A stretch of 64,000 nucleotides of DNA. Source: Candidatus Marinacidobacterales bacterium (GTDB lineage Bacteria; Acidobacteriota; Vicinamibacteria; Marinacidobacterales; SMYC01). Positions within the stretch are counted from its first letter, which is position 1, and each line of letters begins with the position of its first letter. The translations under genes were made by a program, and so were the position numbers. The notes under the pieces are model-generated. The model worked only from the letters and a program-made list of their open reading frames with translations. It ran no database searches and was not told where the DNA came from. The stretch lies in NCBI GenBank assembly GCA_965237955.1, contig OZ250169.1, positions 7,200,001 through 7,264,000 on the forward strand, given 5' to 3'. Shown here one piece after another: positions 43,864 to 55,395 of this stretch.

Positions 43864-43900
43864 TGCTCTCGCCGAAAATAAGGGCACAGCTCGCACGGCG

Positions 43901-46354
43901 TCATGCGCTTCTTGTGAACGAGGTCGAATCTGCTTCTGCGCCTCGTGTACGACACCCCGCCGTAAGCATCGGGTTCAACCGCGATGGCCGGATGCTCGGG
44001 AGGCTCAAACATGTACCGCTAGAGGTCATCTTTGTCCGGTCGTTGATCGCCGTTTCTTCTGCGCCTCTTCGATGGCTTCGAACATGGGAACGAGGTGGTC
44101 CATGTAGATGTGCTCCTCGCCCGAGAACTCCATGTACGGCTTGTCGTCTGTCAGCGCGGGGGCGTTCGCGGCCAGAATGCGCAGTCCTTCCCGCGTCGAG
44201 GATCAAGGTTTTGAGAACGTGTTCGGGTGTTGGGAACTCGAGTCGCTCCAAATCCTTCCGGACCTCCGGAATCTCGAACGCTCGCGCCAACGTTTCGGCG
44301 TTCAATCCGTGAGGGCCTTTGCTGCCCACGAGAAGGCCGGCGCCGTGAATCTCCCAAAGCGATGCGTGCGGAAACACTTCGATGAAAGTCTGGCTGATCA
44401 TCCGAACGTCTTCCAGAGACATCAAGTGAAACGGCAGCCACTGACAGATGACACCTTGTTCCGTGAGCCTCGTGCGAGCGGCTTCGTAGTATTCGCGTGT
44501 GTAGAAATTGATCATGCCCGAGAACTTGGGCGGCATGGGCTCGCTCGTGATCACGTCGTAGGTCTCGGCCGTCGCTTGAACGTGATTGCGCCCGTCTTCG
44601 ACGATTGCTCGGGTGCGTGGATCTAAGAGCACGTCGTGGTTGGATGTAGAGAAGTGAGGCGCGAGCCCATAGACCTCACCGCTGATGTCCACGATGTCGA
44701 GCTGCTCGATGGGGTGGAGCGTCGCGTCCCCAGCCGTACTACCGGTCCCGAAAGCTATGACCAGAACGCGCGTCGGATCATCGTGTAACAGCATTGGAAG
44801 ATGCGCCATCATCGGCATGTAGTGCGCGAGGCCCGAGTTCTCCGTCGCCATGAAGCCGTTGATATAGAGCTGCCGAACTCCGGAGTCTATGTGCTCGTAG
44901 ACGGCAAACGTCGCGTCCGCGGTCTCGCGATGATCGAGCAACTCCATTCCCAGGTCGGGATTCGCAAAGAGCCGGTCGTTAAGAAGGTCGGGGCGGTCGA
45001 TGGCTCTTAGCGTCATCACCGAAGCGAGCACAATCACAGCGGGCGCTGCGAACCAGGCTGCTTTTCGCGAAACGTAATATCCGAAAAGGGCGGCCACCGC
45101 GACATGCACGACGATCACCGTCAAATACGTTCGAGCGACTCCGACCGTCGGTATCAGCGCGAAGCTGAACACCAACGCGCCCACGGCGGAGGCCAACGCA
45201 TTGATCATGTACAGCGAACCGAGCGAGGCTCCCATCCGCGCCATGCGAAGGCTCAAGACTTGGATCGACAACGGAAACAACATGCCAGCGATCGTGGCTG
45301 GCACGAGCAAGAGCACGGCGGCCGTCAGGAACTTGGCTACCAGTAGGCCGGACGGGCCCAGGTGCGCGCGATACACATGGTGGAAGTCGACCAACTGCCC
45401 GAGGAGCGGCATCGTCAATAACAGAGCACCCGAAAAGGCGAGCTCTACGACCGCGAGTCGCTTCAACAAGGCGTGGCCCATGTCGGTATCGAGCGGGACA
45501 GCCCAGTGGGCGGCCAGAAAGCTTCCGAGCGCGAGCGCCAGCAGCACCGTGGCCAGAATGATCGCGAACGTCTGGCTCGTGCTCCAAAGCGCGTGTACGA
45601 GAGCACGGGTCCACAATACTTCGAGTCCGAGCACCGTAAATCCGGACAGCGCTGCGATCGACACCACGAGCTTCTCCGAGACGCTGAAGGATGGCAACGA
45701 CGCCTTCTCGGCCTCAGCGGCCGGCGTCAAAGGCTCGCGAACCAAGAAGCGGTCGATGGTGAAAAACGCCACCGCGAGGAGCATGTTCGCACCGGCGACC
45801 AAGCTGTTCGTGAAAGAGATCCCGAACTGCCCCAACAAGTAGATGCCGCCCGCAACGCTCCCGATCATGGCGCCCAGGGTGTTCATGCCATAGAGCCATC
45901 CGAAGTGCTGCCCGAACCTGTCGGGCACGCGCGCGGCGAAGCGCACCAAAACCGGCAGCGTCCCTCCGATGAGCGTGCAAGGAACGAGGAGAATCATCGA
46001 CGTGAAGGCGAGTCGCACGACGGGCAGCAGCCACCGCAGCTCCTCGGACGCGTAGACATGCGGGTAGACGGCGTTCAAGGAACGAAGCGCGACCGGCAAC
46101 AGGAGCGCCGAAACGGCAATCCCGAGCTCGATCGCGGCATAGAGGAGCAAGGGACGGCGGACGCGGTCGGCGATGCGGCCGAACAGCCACGCCCCGAACG
46201 CCAGGCCGAGCATGAAGCACGCGAGCACGGTTCCCACTGCCGACGTCGTCGCGCCGAACGAAAGCGTCAAAAGCCACAGCCACAGGACCTGGTACACGAG
46301 AGCCGTGGCGCCGGAGAGCAGGAAAAGAAGTAGCAGAAGCCCGCGGAATTTCAT
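43901..46354 (-). CDS. Fused MFS-like / spermidine synthase-like protein (probable frameshift near 44190)
   Basis: LSGATALVYQVLW, LYGMNTLG, VLVIAFGTGST, EDGRNH, YDVITSEP, QWLP. Confidence 0.88.
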   Translation of the reverse strand: MKFRGLLLLLFLLSGATALVYQVLWLWLLTLSFGATTSAVGTVLACFMLGLAFGAWLFGRIADRVRRPLLLYAAIELGIAVSALLLPVALRSLNAVYPHVYASEELRWLLPVVRLAFTSMILLVPCTLIGGTLPVLVRFAARVPDRFGQHFGWLYGMNTLGAMIGSVAGGIYLLGQFGISFTNSLVAGANMLLAVAFFTIDRFLVREPLTPAAEAEKASLPSFSVSEKLVVSIAALSGFTVLGLEVLWTRALVHALWSTSQTFAIILATVLLALALGSFLAAHWAVPLDTDMGHALLKRLAVVELAFSGALLLTMPLLGQLVDFHHVYRAHLGPSGLLVAKFLTAAVLLLVPATIAGMLFPLSIQVLSLRMARMGASLGSLYMINALASAVGALVFSFALIPTVGVARTYLTVIVVHVAVAALFGYYVSRKAAWFAAPAVIVLASVMTLRAIDRPDLLNDRLFANPDLGMELLDHRETADATFAVYEHIDSGVRQLYINGFMATENSGLAHYMPMMAHLPMLLHDDPTRVLVIAFGTGSTAGDATLHPIEQLDIVDISGEVYGLAPHFSTSNHDVLLDPRTRAIVEDGRNHVQATAETYDVITSEPMPPKFSGMINFYTREYYEAARTRLTEQGVICQWLPFHLMSLEDVRMISQTFIEVFPHASLWEIHGAGLLVGSKGPHGLNAETLARAFEIPEVRKDLERLEFPTPEHVLKTLILDAGRTAHSGRERPRADRRQAVHGVLGRGAHLHGPPRSHVRSHRRGAEETAINDRTKMTSSGTCLSLPSIRPSRLNPMLTAGCRTRGAEADSTSFTRSA

Positions 46355-46784
46355 CTCTAACGATGATACGACGCGGACCGAGGGCCGTCGAATCCTGGTG
46401 TCGACTAGAATCAGCGAGATTTGCCCCGAAGGGCATCCAACGGATGGATCCGTGTCGCCCGCCGCACCGGGACGTAGAGTGGTTCAATGCGAAACGGTCA
46501 TCTCCAATAGTGTGGTCAGTGCCCGCTACACGCCTGGGGAAGGGAATATCTGGTAGTTACTATTCTTTGAAGTTGGGAAAGCAGAAGAGAAAGGCACCTC
46601 CGTGAATTTTCTGCGGGTTCTGAGCGGCGGGCGAGGCTCGTCCAAGCCGGTCGGATGACGCGTCTGCCGGAGCGCGAAATTGCGGGTCAAGTAGCGAGAC
46701 CTGCGTGCCGCTGGCTACGTCCAAAAAAACACGCGATCGGCTCTTCATCACGAACACTGACGCGAGGTCCGCTGCTCTCGCATC

Positions 46785-46870
46785 CGATCTCGAGAATGCC
46801 ATGGACGCGGCCCGGCCGGTGCCGGTCCCTGCACCGGTGACCATGGCAACCTTTGAGTGGGCGCTCACGT
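46785..46870 (-). pseudogene. SDR oxidoreductase N-terminal remnant
   Basis: KVAMVTGAGTGTGRAA Rossmann motif only. Confidence 0.5.
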
Positions 46871-46914
46871 TAAGCTGTCCGGGTGACGGCGCTACGGCAC
46901 CACTCCGGGTTCGG

Positions 46915-48810
46915 CTACGACCCGATGAAGTCGACGGCGACGAGCCGCCCATATCGCTCGGCGGCCCCGTCCTGCACGGGCGCGGGAATATAGCGAACCA
47001 CCACGAGCTCATCGAGGGGCCCACAGTAAAAGTCCCGCGTACCCACACGCTCTCCGTTCTCAAGTATCTCGACCCGGGCCAGATCGACGATGTCCAGAGC
47101 GTATACGAGATCGCCGGCGTCGACGATGAAGCGGTGCCCCTCGGTGCAGTCGAACCGAACCAGCTTGCCGCGAACTTCGACGTTCTCGGTGCTTGGAACT
47201 ATATCGCCTACAGGGGTCCGGGTGACATCCGCCACCTCGTCGGCCGTTGCGGCAGACGCGCTCTCGTCGACTCCGGCCACAGCTTCGCCCTCGGCAGCTC
47301 GCGCCGCGGCCGCGGCCTGCTGGGCCTCGAGCTTCAGCTTTGCGTCGGCATAGTCGTACTGCCGGCGCACGGAGGCATTGAATCCCGGATCGAGCTCGCG
47401 GTCGAGAAGCTTCTGATAGATCGCACGCGCGGTGGCGTAGTTACCGTCTTTGGCGTAGAGCTGACCCACCACGAACACGAGCGATGGATTGCCCGGATCT
47501 CTCTCCAAAGCATCCGTGGCGACCTGGAGCCCCTCTTCGCGCTTCTCGGCGTGGAACAACGCCAGGAAGCCGAAGAGCCGAGCCGCGTCCGTAAGCTCCG
47601 GGGCTTCGCGTATCACGAGCCGCAAGGAATCCATGACGGGAACCGTCGTCTCTTCCCTCAGCTTTGACGCGGTTCCGCCGTGCGAGCTCACAAACAGCTG
47701 CGCGTGCCGCAAATGGACGTGGGGATTGGTCGAGCCATTTCGGATGGCCCGCTCGAGGAAGCTCGTAGCCTCAGCTGATTTCCCCTGCCGGTCGCGGAGA
47801 ATCGCCATGGCTTTGTAGGCGGTCACCTGATCCGGATTCGCTTCAATAGAGTTCGCCAGGCTCGTTTCAGCCTCGTCGTAGTAACGCGCCGCCATGAAGA
47901 GTTGTCCCATGTGGGCCTCGGCGGCGTCGTCGTCCAGCTTCGTGATCCGAAAGTCCTTGTCCATTTCGAGCGGAGGAAGATCTAGTTTGAGGTATCGGGT
48001 GATGCGTTTCCTGATGTAGACAGCGACGTCCCTATCGATCTCGTCGAGCGTCTTGCCCATCGCTTCTTGAAAGGCGAGGAGGGGCTCCCCGCCTTGGCGA
48101 AGCATGTGCAGGTACTGGCCCAGACGCTGGGGACCGTTTTCTCGAAGCTGTCCGATCAAGAGGTAGTGCACGAGCGCCCAGGACTGCGCATCGAACAGCG
48201 AACGCTTGCTCAAGTCACGGTAGTAGTCGGACGAATGGTCTACCGCGAAGAGTTCACGGATTGGCACCCTGCGGAACTCGCCCATAACACGCCGGTACTC
48301 GTCGCGCATCTTGCCGATATTCGCCCGCTTGTTCGTGATTTCCGTATTGCCGTAGAAACGCGAGAGGCCGTTACTGAGCCAAACCGGGTAGTCCGCCTCG
48401 TTGTAGCTTCCGAGAAGATGCATGTAGTGGCCGAACGCCATCTGCCGCGCCGCTTTCGAAGATCCGTCGCCCCGCAGAAGCACGATGTCCCGGAGCGGGG
48501 TCGGGCGGTACATCCCGGCCCACTCCTCGCGCTCGCCCTCGGCCGTCGGCTGAAACGGACGCATCGATTTCTCGTTCTTGAAGAGGTAGAAGACGGCCGG
48601 CTTGGCGCTAGCCACCCGCTGCGCCGGAAAGATCTCGGTGATGAGACGCCTGAGCTGCTCGAGGTCTTCTAGAATCGCTTTGGCGCGCCCTTCTCGACCG
48701 TTGCTGACCACCGTGAAATGCTCGGATATCGCCTCGAACCATTTGTCCTTCGCCTCGGCGGTGACGCCAAGCGCCAAAATGAGGAAGAGTGTTGCCAGGA
48801 ACGGACGCAT
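46915..48810 (-). CDS. Secreted TPR protein with a DUF1570-like N-terminal domain
   Basis: Signal peptide, SEHFTVVSN, PVWLSNG, QSWALVHYL, TPR repeats. Confidence 0.75.
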   Translation of the reverse strand: MRPFLATLFLILALGVTAEAKDKWFEAISEHFTVVSNGREGRAKAILEDLEQLRRLITEIFPAQRVASAKPAVFYLFKNEKSMRPFQPTAEGEREEWAGMYRPTPLRDIVLLRGDGSSKAARQMAFGHYMHLLGSYNEADYPVWLSNGLSRFYGNTEITNKRANIGKMRDEYRRVMGEFRRVPIRELFAVDHSSDYYRDLSKRSLFDAQSWALVHYLLIGQLRENGPQRLGQYLHMLRQGGEPLLAFQEAMGKTLDEIDRDVAVYIRKRITRYLKLDLPPLEMDKDFRITKLDDDAAEAHMGQLFMAARYYDEAETSLANSIEANPDQVTAYKAMAILRDRQGKSAEATSFLERAIRNGSTNPHVHLRHAQLFVSSHGGTASKLREETTVPVMDSLRLVIREAPELTDAARLFGFLALFHAEKREEGLQVATDALERDPGNPSLVFVVGQLYAKDGNYATARAIYQKLLDRELDPGFNASVRRQYDYADAKLKLEAQQAAAAARAAEGEAVAGVDESASAATADEVADVTRTPVGDIVPSTENVEVRGKLVRFDCTEGHRFIVDAGDLVYALDIVDLARVEILENGERVGTRDFYCGPLDELVVVRYIPAPVQDGAAERYGRLVAVDFIGS

Positions 48811-49103
48811 GGTGCCTCCTTGGGGGGCTGACCCATTATGCCTAGACGGACTCCACTGTCAATTGCCTTCAGCGTCGATTCGCTCGAGTCCGACTGGCCG
48901 CGCGGTCAAGCGTCCATCGGAATGCAGTACATCATTGCAGGCTCGCTTGTCTCTTGGAAGTCGCATCCACTCCAGCGGCTCTGGGCTCCGATGGCTCGCC
49001 GCTGGCGAAAACCGATAGTTCCCGATCGGGGTGTTCGCGCTTGCAGGTCCTGACAGGGCTTATATAAGTCGTTCGGTCGAGTTTCGGCACATTACGCGGT
49101 TCG

Positions 49104-50549
49104 TCAAGTCTCGAGAGCCTCCCAGCCGCCGCCGAGAGATTTGTACAGCCGGATGAGACGGGTGCGGACCTCGGTCTCGCTGAGCGTCATCTGATCGTCT
49201 ACCTCGCGCAATCGCCGCTCGGCATCGAGCACGGTGAGGAAGTCCGCGAGGCCCAGACGATAGAGTGAGCGCGCGATCCCCGCGGCACGCTCGGCGTCCA
49301 CGCGTGCCTCCATGAGCCGGTCGAGCACGTTCTTCTCCTCGACGTAGCCCACGAGCGCCCCTTCGACGTCTTCGACCGCCACGAGCACTGCTTGCTCGTA
49401 TCGGGCGAGGGCCGCGTCGGATCGGGCATCGGTGGCTTCGATCTGTGCCCGAATCTCACCGCGCCGAAAGATCGGCCACTGGAAGAAGGCGCCCAGAAGC
49501 CCGGTGCCGCTCGACAGGCCAAAGAGATCCGATGGGGAGGTACTCTCGAGCCCGATGACACCGCGGACAAAGAAGCGTGGATAGAGCTCCGCGGTCGCAA
49601 CACCGATATCGAATCTAGCCGCGGCTAACTCGCGCTCGGCCCTTCTCAGGTCGGGGCGCCTCAACAGAAGCTCGGGTGCATGGCCCATCGGAACCTCTGT
49701 CGGAAAAGGCGGCAGGGGCGCAGGCACGAGAAGCTCGTCCAGAACATCGGCGGGCAGACGAGCGGTGAGCACGGCGAGCCGGTAGGCGCTTCGACGGATA
49801 GCGGCACGCACGCGTGGAACGCTGGCCTCGGTCGTCCTCAGCTGCGAGCGGGCCTGGGAGACTTCGAGCTCGCTGGCGAATCCCGTCGTTCTCTGGTCTT
49901 CCACGAACTCCAGGGTCTCGGACTGGATACGAACGTTGTCCTCGGCCACACCAAGGCGCCGTTGCGCTCCTCGAAGCTCGATGTAGCTGAGCGCGACTTC
50001 GGAGACCACCAAGAGCTGCACGTCGCGGCGGCTCTCGATCGCGGCGCCGAGCCGTGCGCTCGCGGCGTCCACGGCGCTTCGCGTCGCTCCGAAGACATCG
50101 ATCTCCCAGGAGGCGTCGACGTTGAGATTGACGAGATTGTCTTCCAGGCTTCCGAACCCTTCGCGGACCAGCGCGGGGCCCGGGCCGAAACCATTCTCGC
50201 TGGCGCGAAGACGTGCGGCGCCACCACCGGCCTCGACGTCGGGGTAGTGACCGCCGGCGGCCGAGCGCCGAAGGGCGCGTGCCTCGCGCACGCGGGCCAC
50301 GGCGATACGGATGTCATGGTTCTGGTTGACGGCGCGCTCGACGTACGACACGAGGGTCGGGTCCTCGAGCGTTTTCCACCACTCGAGAATCGGGGGCCCG
50401 CTCGACGAGGCCACAGGCTCGATCCAGCTCGAGGCCATCACAACGTCGGGCGTGACGATCTCGGGACCCACGGAGCAGCCTGCCACCGCTATCATTATTA
50501 ATAGCAACGCGATCCACATACGACGCATGGATTTCCTCCTATCTGTCAT
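49104..50549 (-). CDS. RND efflux outer-membrane lipoprotein
   Basis: Lipobox VAGC, SWEIDVFG, RRPDLRRAE, LYKSLGGGW. Confidence 0.92.
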   Translation of the reverse strand: MTDRRKSMRRMWIALLLIMIAVAGCSVGPEIVTPDVVMASSWIEPVASSSGPPILEWWKTLEDPTLVSYVERAVNQNHDIRIAVARVREARALRRSAAGGHYPDVEAGGGAARLRASENGFGPGPALVREGFGSLEDNLVNLNVDASWEIDVFGATRSAVDAASARLGAAIESRRDVQLLVVSEVALSYIELRGAQRRLGVAEDNVRIQSETLEFVEDQRTTGFASELEVSQARSQLRTTEASVPRVRAAIRRSAYRLAVLTARLPADVLDELLVPAPLPPFPTEVPMGHAPELLLRRPDLRRAERELAAARFDIGVATAELYPRFFVRGVIGLESTSPSDLFGLSSGTGLLGAFFQWPIFRRGEIRAQIEATDARSDAALARYEQAVLVAVEDVEGALVGYVEEKNVLDRLMEARVDAERAAGIARSLYRLGLADFLTVLDAERRLREVDDQMTLSETEVRTRLIRLYKSLGGGWEALET

Positions 50550-53500
50550 GATTCGACGCTCTTCGCGGAAAAGAGCGGCCCGAGGCGGCGCGCCTCGGTG
50601 AGCCAGCGGAAACTGAAGCTCGGCGTCATCGTAAGCCGGTAAGCGGCGGGCACGAAGACCACCGCGAGGATGGTCGCTCCGGACACGCCTCCCGCCAGCA
50701 CGATCGCGAGCGGCGGCCAGAAGTCACCGCCGACGAAAATGAGAAGGGGCAGGAAGCCGCCCACCGTCGTCAACGTCGTCGAGATGACATGGCGCAGCGT
50801 TCCCATCACCTCATCGGCCGTCGCCTCCACCTCGCCCCGGCGGGCGGCGGGGTTCGCTCGAATGGCGGCGAGAACCACGATGCTGTCGTTGAGCGCGACG
50901 CCGATGAGCCCGAGCGTTCCCAGTATCGTCGTGAAGCTCACGGGAAAGCCGTAGGCCCAGGTAGCGACAAGAGCGAGTCCGATGGACTGGATGGCCACGA
51001 CTCCGAGCACGCCTGCCAGGCGAACGCTCGAAAACGTCAGAATGATCGTTGCGATCATGAGGATGAGGAGCACGGGGAGATAGATCATCAGGCTGCCTAT
51101 GGCTTTGTTCTCGTCCTCCGCATCGCCGCCGAATGAGAGCCGATACCCGGAGGGCAGTAGAAACCCCGCTTCTTCGAGCTGAGCAAGCACGTCATCGGTC
51201 ATATCGATGGCCAGGGCATCGTTTCGCGTATAGCCGTAGATCAGGTTGGCACGGAGGCCGTCGTGGCGAGTGATCGCGGATACCTCCGGACGAAGCACGA
51301 GCTCGCCGAGAATCGAGAGCGGCGTCCAGCCCGGGCGAGAGGCAGCCGTCAGCTGCGTCGAGCGAATGTCGAAGAGGTCGCTCCGGTGCTCGTCCTCGAA
51401 GCGGATCCGAACGTCGAGCTCCTCCAAGTCCTCGATGACGGAGCCCCCGAGTGTACCTTCGAGGCCTCCTTGAAGCTGGGTAGCGATATCCGAGAGGGTC
51501 AGGCCCGCGAGCCGCGCCTCGTCCTCGTCCGCGTCGAGCCATAGCTTGGGCTCACCCCGCCCCATCGTCGCCTGGGTATGCAGCACGCCCGGATGCTCGG
51601 CAAGGCGCAGACGGAGCTCATCGCCGAGATCTTGCAAGGTCTCGATGCTGGGACCGTAGAGTCGAAACTCCACGTCGGCCTCGACGGGTGGTCCCTGGGC
51701 AAACTGGCTCACCACAATCTGCGCTCCGGGAAAGGCTTCGTCGAGGCGCCGCTGGATTTGCGGGATGAGCCGTTTCACTTCGTCATTCGAGTGGGGCGAG
51801 CGGACGGTGACGACTGCCTGCGCGTGGTGGCGCGCGTCATCCTGATTCATGACGGCGTTGTAGTAGACCGAGGGGAAGCTTCCACCGATGAGCCAGTCCA
51901 CACGACGGATGGCCGGGTCTTCGCGTAGCAGGGCTTCGATCGCTTCGACTTCGCTCCGGGTGCGCTCAATGGAAGCTTCCGTCGGGAGCCACAGCTTCAG
52001 GTCGAACATGTCGCGATCGACGGGCGGGAAGAACTGGCTTCCGAGACTTCGTGACGCGACAAAGCCGGCTACGGGCAGCAAGGAGGCGAGGGCAAGCATC
52101 ACGATGGGGACGCGCAAACCCCGGACGAGTCCGCGCCGGGTCACTCGCGCGAACCGCTCGTTGCTGACACCGCTCCTCCACCAAGCACGCTTTTTGGCCG
52201 CGGGCCGCGCTTCGGCGAGCCACCCGGCGAGGGCGGGGATGATGGTCATCGCGAGCGCGAAAGATGCGATCAGAGCAAGGATGACGCTTCCTCCGATGGA
52301 GCCCACGAAGTCCCCGACACTCCCCGGCATGAGCACGATGGGCGCGAAAGCGAGCACCGTGGTGACCGTGGAAGCCGCGAGCGGGACGAAGAGATGATGC
52401 ACTGACGCGGAGACCGCCTCCGCCGGAGTGTCTCCTCGTTCGAGGTGCTTTCTCACCTCATCGACGACGACGATGGCGTTATCGATGAGAAGGCCGAGCG
52501 CCACGACCATTCCGAAGATCGAGATCTGATGGAGCGCCCCGCCGCTGAAGGCAGTGCCGAACAGCACGATCGCCGCGGTCAGGGGAAGCGCGGAAGCGAC
52601 GACGACGGAGGAGCGCCATCCCATAACGAAGAAGATGACGACGACTACCACCAGCGCTCCTGCGAGAAGATTCATAGCCAGCTCTCGGAGACGCTCGTTG
52701 GTGTAGCGTGTCTGATCGAATACGACCTCGATCGCCACTCCGTCGCCCACTCCGGCGGCGAATGAGTCCACGATTTCGAGAGACTCCTCGGCCCATTCGT
52801 CGACGCGCCGGTGCGCCTGGACTTTCGCTCCCACGTACACCGCGCGGCGTCCGTCCGCGAGCCCGATCTCTCGGGGCGGAGACTGCCAGTCGCGCTCGGC
52901 ACGAGCGATGTCGCTCAGTCGCAGCAGGGTCCCGTCGGTCCCTTGGCGCAAGGGGATGCTCCCGATCCGGGAAAGGAGTCGAGCTCTCCGGCGACTTCGA
53001 GAATCAAGTCGTCGCGACCGCTTCGTAGCATGCCCGCGGGGACCTTGGAGTCCGCCGCGCGGATGCTCGCCGCGAGATCCGAAGGCGTCATCCCGAGAGC
53101 GGCGAGCTCCTTGGGGTCGACGGTGACGGTTATCTCCTCGCGGGGAGCGCCGAAGAGACGGACGACCTGAGTGCCGGGGGTCGTGCGAAGCTGATCGGCG
53201 AGCTCTTCGGCGAGACGGTTCAGGATCCCGAGCTTGGGCTCTGCGGTGTGCTCCCAGATGACGCCTACGATCAGCGAGTAGGCCACCGGCCCTCTCTGGT
53301 CGTCGAGAAACGGAGTGGCGGCTTCGTCAGGTAATTCGGGCTCGGCTTCGGCAAGCTTGTCGCGAATGAGGGAGAAGACCTTCTGGCTCTCGTAAACCCG
53401 GTCGGCGAGCTCGACGGCGATGATCGAGACGCCGGCACGGGATGTCGATCGCATCTCCTGTATCTCCGGCACCTCTTGAAGTCGCTCCTCGAGCTTCTCG

Positions 53501-53691
53501 GTGACGAGGGCTTCGACTCGCTCGGCGGAGGCGCCGGGGACAAGGGTTACGATCAACGGGTTGCGGTTCACGATGCGCGGATCCTCGAGCCGGGGCATGG
53601 AGACGAGCGCGGAGAGGCCAGCGACGAAAATCACGAGCACCGAGAGGACGAGCAGGTATTTGTTTTTCAAGAAGAGGGTGGCTGAGGTCAT
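50546..53691 (-). pseudogene. RND permease with frameshift near 52950
   Basis: MPRLEDP, ALGLLIDNAIVVVD, GVALNDSIVVL, TTLTTVGGFLPL. Confidence 0.9.
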
Positions 53692-54836
53692 CGGTCCGAC
53701 TCCCCGCCGAGCGCCACGCGCTGGTTCGGGACCAGGCGTTGAAGACCCTCGGTGACGACGAGCTCGCCGCTGGTCAGAGTTCCGCGGACGAAGACGCTGT
53801 CTCCGTCAACGTGCAGCAGCTCGAGCTCACGGCGTTTCAGGATGTGCGTGGAGGGCCCGCTGGATTCGAGGTGTGCGGCAACGTAAGTCGCCCAGAGACC
53901 ACGGGAGCTTTCGGTCAGAGCGCTACGAGGCAGCCAGAAGCCGCTCTTTTCGATCGCCTGGGAGAGCTCCAGTTCGACGAGGTCGCCGTGCCGGAGAGCG
54001 TTCTCCTTCGTCGAAAGTGTCAGGACGACGTCGACCGTGCGCGTCTCGCGATTGCGTGCCGGGAGGAGGGCTCTGACCGTTGCGGAAAGCTCGCGACCAT
54101 CCGCGCGCACGACGCGCTCGTCACCGATCTTCAACGATTTCGCGAGCTCAGAACTGATGCCGACCCGGACCTCGGGACGTCCCATCTCGAGAATCCGAAA
54201 CAACGGCTCGCCTGCCGAGACCACGGCGCCCTCGTCGACGAAGCGCCTGGCGACGACGCCCGAGAAAGGCGCGCGCAGGCGCGACTTCGCGATATCGACA
54301 TCGACGCTCGCGATTTGCGCTGCCACCCTGCGCACCACGGCCTCCTCGGCCGCGTAACCACGATCGGCCTCGTCCCACTGCTGGGTGGAGACGGCGTTCA
54401 ACTCGAGAGCTTCGAGCGTGCGCTCGCGTGTGCTCGCCATCAAGGAGAGCCGTGCCTCCGCTTCGCGAAGGCGCGCCTAGAGCTCCGCCCGTTTCGCTCC
54501 GAGGCGTAGCGTGTCGACCCGCGCCAGGATCTGCCCTTTCGCTACGCGGTCACCTTCGTCGACGAGGATGCTGAGCACAGCGCCACCGAGCTCGAATCCC
54601 ATGTCGGTGCTGCGGCGCGCTTCGATGCGGCCCACGAAGGATCGGCGCACCACGTAGCTCGCCTGCTCCTGGACCGCCTGCGTCGCGACGACGAGCACTC
54701 GCGCTGGCACCGGGTCAATATCAGCCACATCCGTGCGAACGGTGTCACCTTTGGCAAGCGCCACCAGGACGCTCCCCACGGCGACCGCGAAAAGCCCGCT
54801 CACGCCAAGCTTCCCTTTCCTGCCTTTGGTTTTCAT
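53688..54836 (-). pseudogene. RND membrane-fusion protein with frameshift near 54475
   Basis: GFELGG..VDEGDRVAKGQILA, LRAPFSG, VVTEGLQRL. Confidence 0.88.
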
Positions 54837-54854
54837 CGGTTGGCCTCCATTCAA

Positions 54855-54864
54855 TGTATATACA
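54855..54864. promoter_or_regulatory. Candidate MarR operator upstream of the MFP gene
   Basis: Palindrome TGTATATACA, same core as 55338-55349. Confidence 0.65.
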
Positions 54865-54882
54865 ACCAAAACGTCAAAAAAA

Positions 54883-55329
54883 TTACTGTGTCGGCAGATA
54901 GCGGTTAGCCACCGCCTTCAGCGTGGCCGCACCCTCGTCACCGAGAACCCCGACCGCCGCTTGCTGTGCTTTGCGCCATGACGGCAGGGCCTCCTCCAGA
55001 AGCTTCCTCCCTTTGGCGGTGATGGCGACGGTGTGGCTCCTTTCGTCCTCCCCGGGAAGCGTGCGCACCCAGCCGCGCTTTTTCATGAGTGAGAGGTTGC
55101 GGCTAAGCGTCGATTTCTCGATATGGAGATATTCCGCGAGCTGTGCCTGTTTGACAGGCCCCACCTGGTGAATCGCCGTCAGCATGTTGGCCTGGCTGGT
55201 GGTGATGCCGAGGGGCCTGAGGGCATCGTCATAAATGCTTGTGATGATGCGGTTTAGCATCCTGATCCGCACGGCGAGGCAGTTTCGCCCGATCTCGCGC
55301 CCAGCCCGACTTTCTGTGTTCTCGACCAT
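54883..55329 (-). CDS. MarR-family regulator
   Basis: IYDDALRPLGIT, IEKSTLSRNL, EDERS..ITAKG. Confidence 0.92.
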   Translation of the reverse strand: MVENTESRAGREIGRNCLAVRIRMLNRIITSIYDDALRPLGITTSQANMLTAIHQVGPVKQAQLAEYLHIEKSTLSRNLSLMKKRGWVRTLPGEDERSHTVAITAKGRKLLEEALPSWRKAQQAAVGVLGDEGAATLKAVANRYLPTQ

Positions 55330-55337
55330 AGATTATA

Positions 55338-55349
55338 TTGTATATACAA
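55338..55349. promoter_or_regulatory. Candidate MarR autoregulatory operator
   Basis: Perfect 12-bp palindrome TTGTATATACAA just upstream of the marR start. Confidence 0.7.
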
Positions 55350-55395
55350 CTATTGTCGATGTAAAGGAAAAAATTACTCCTTGATCCTGCCCATG

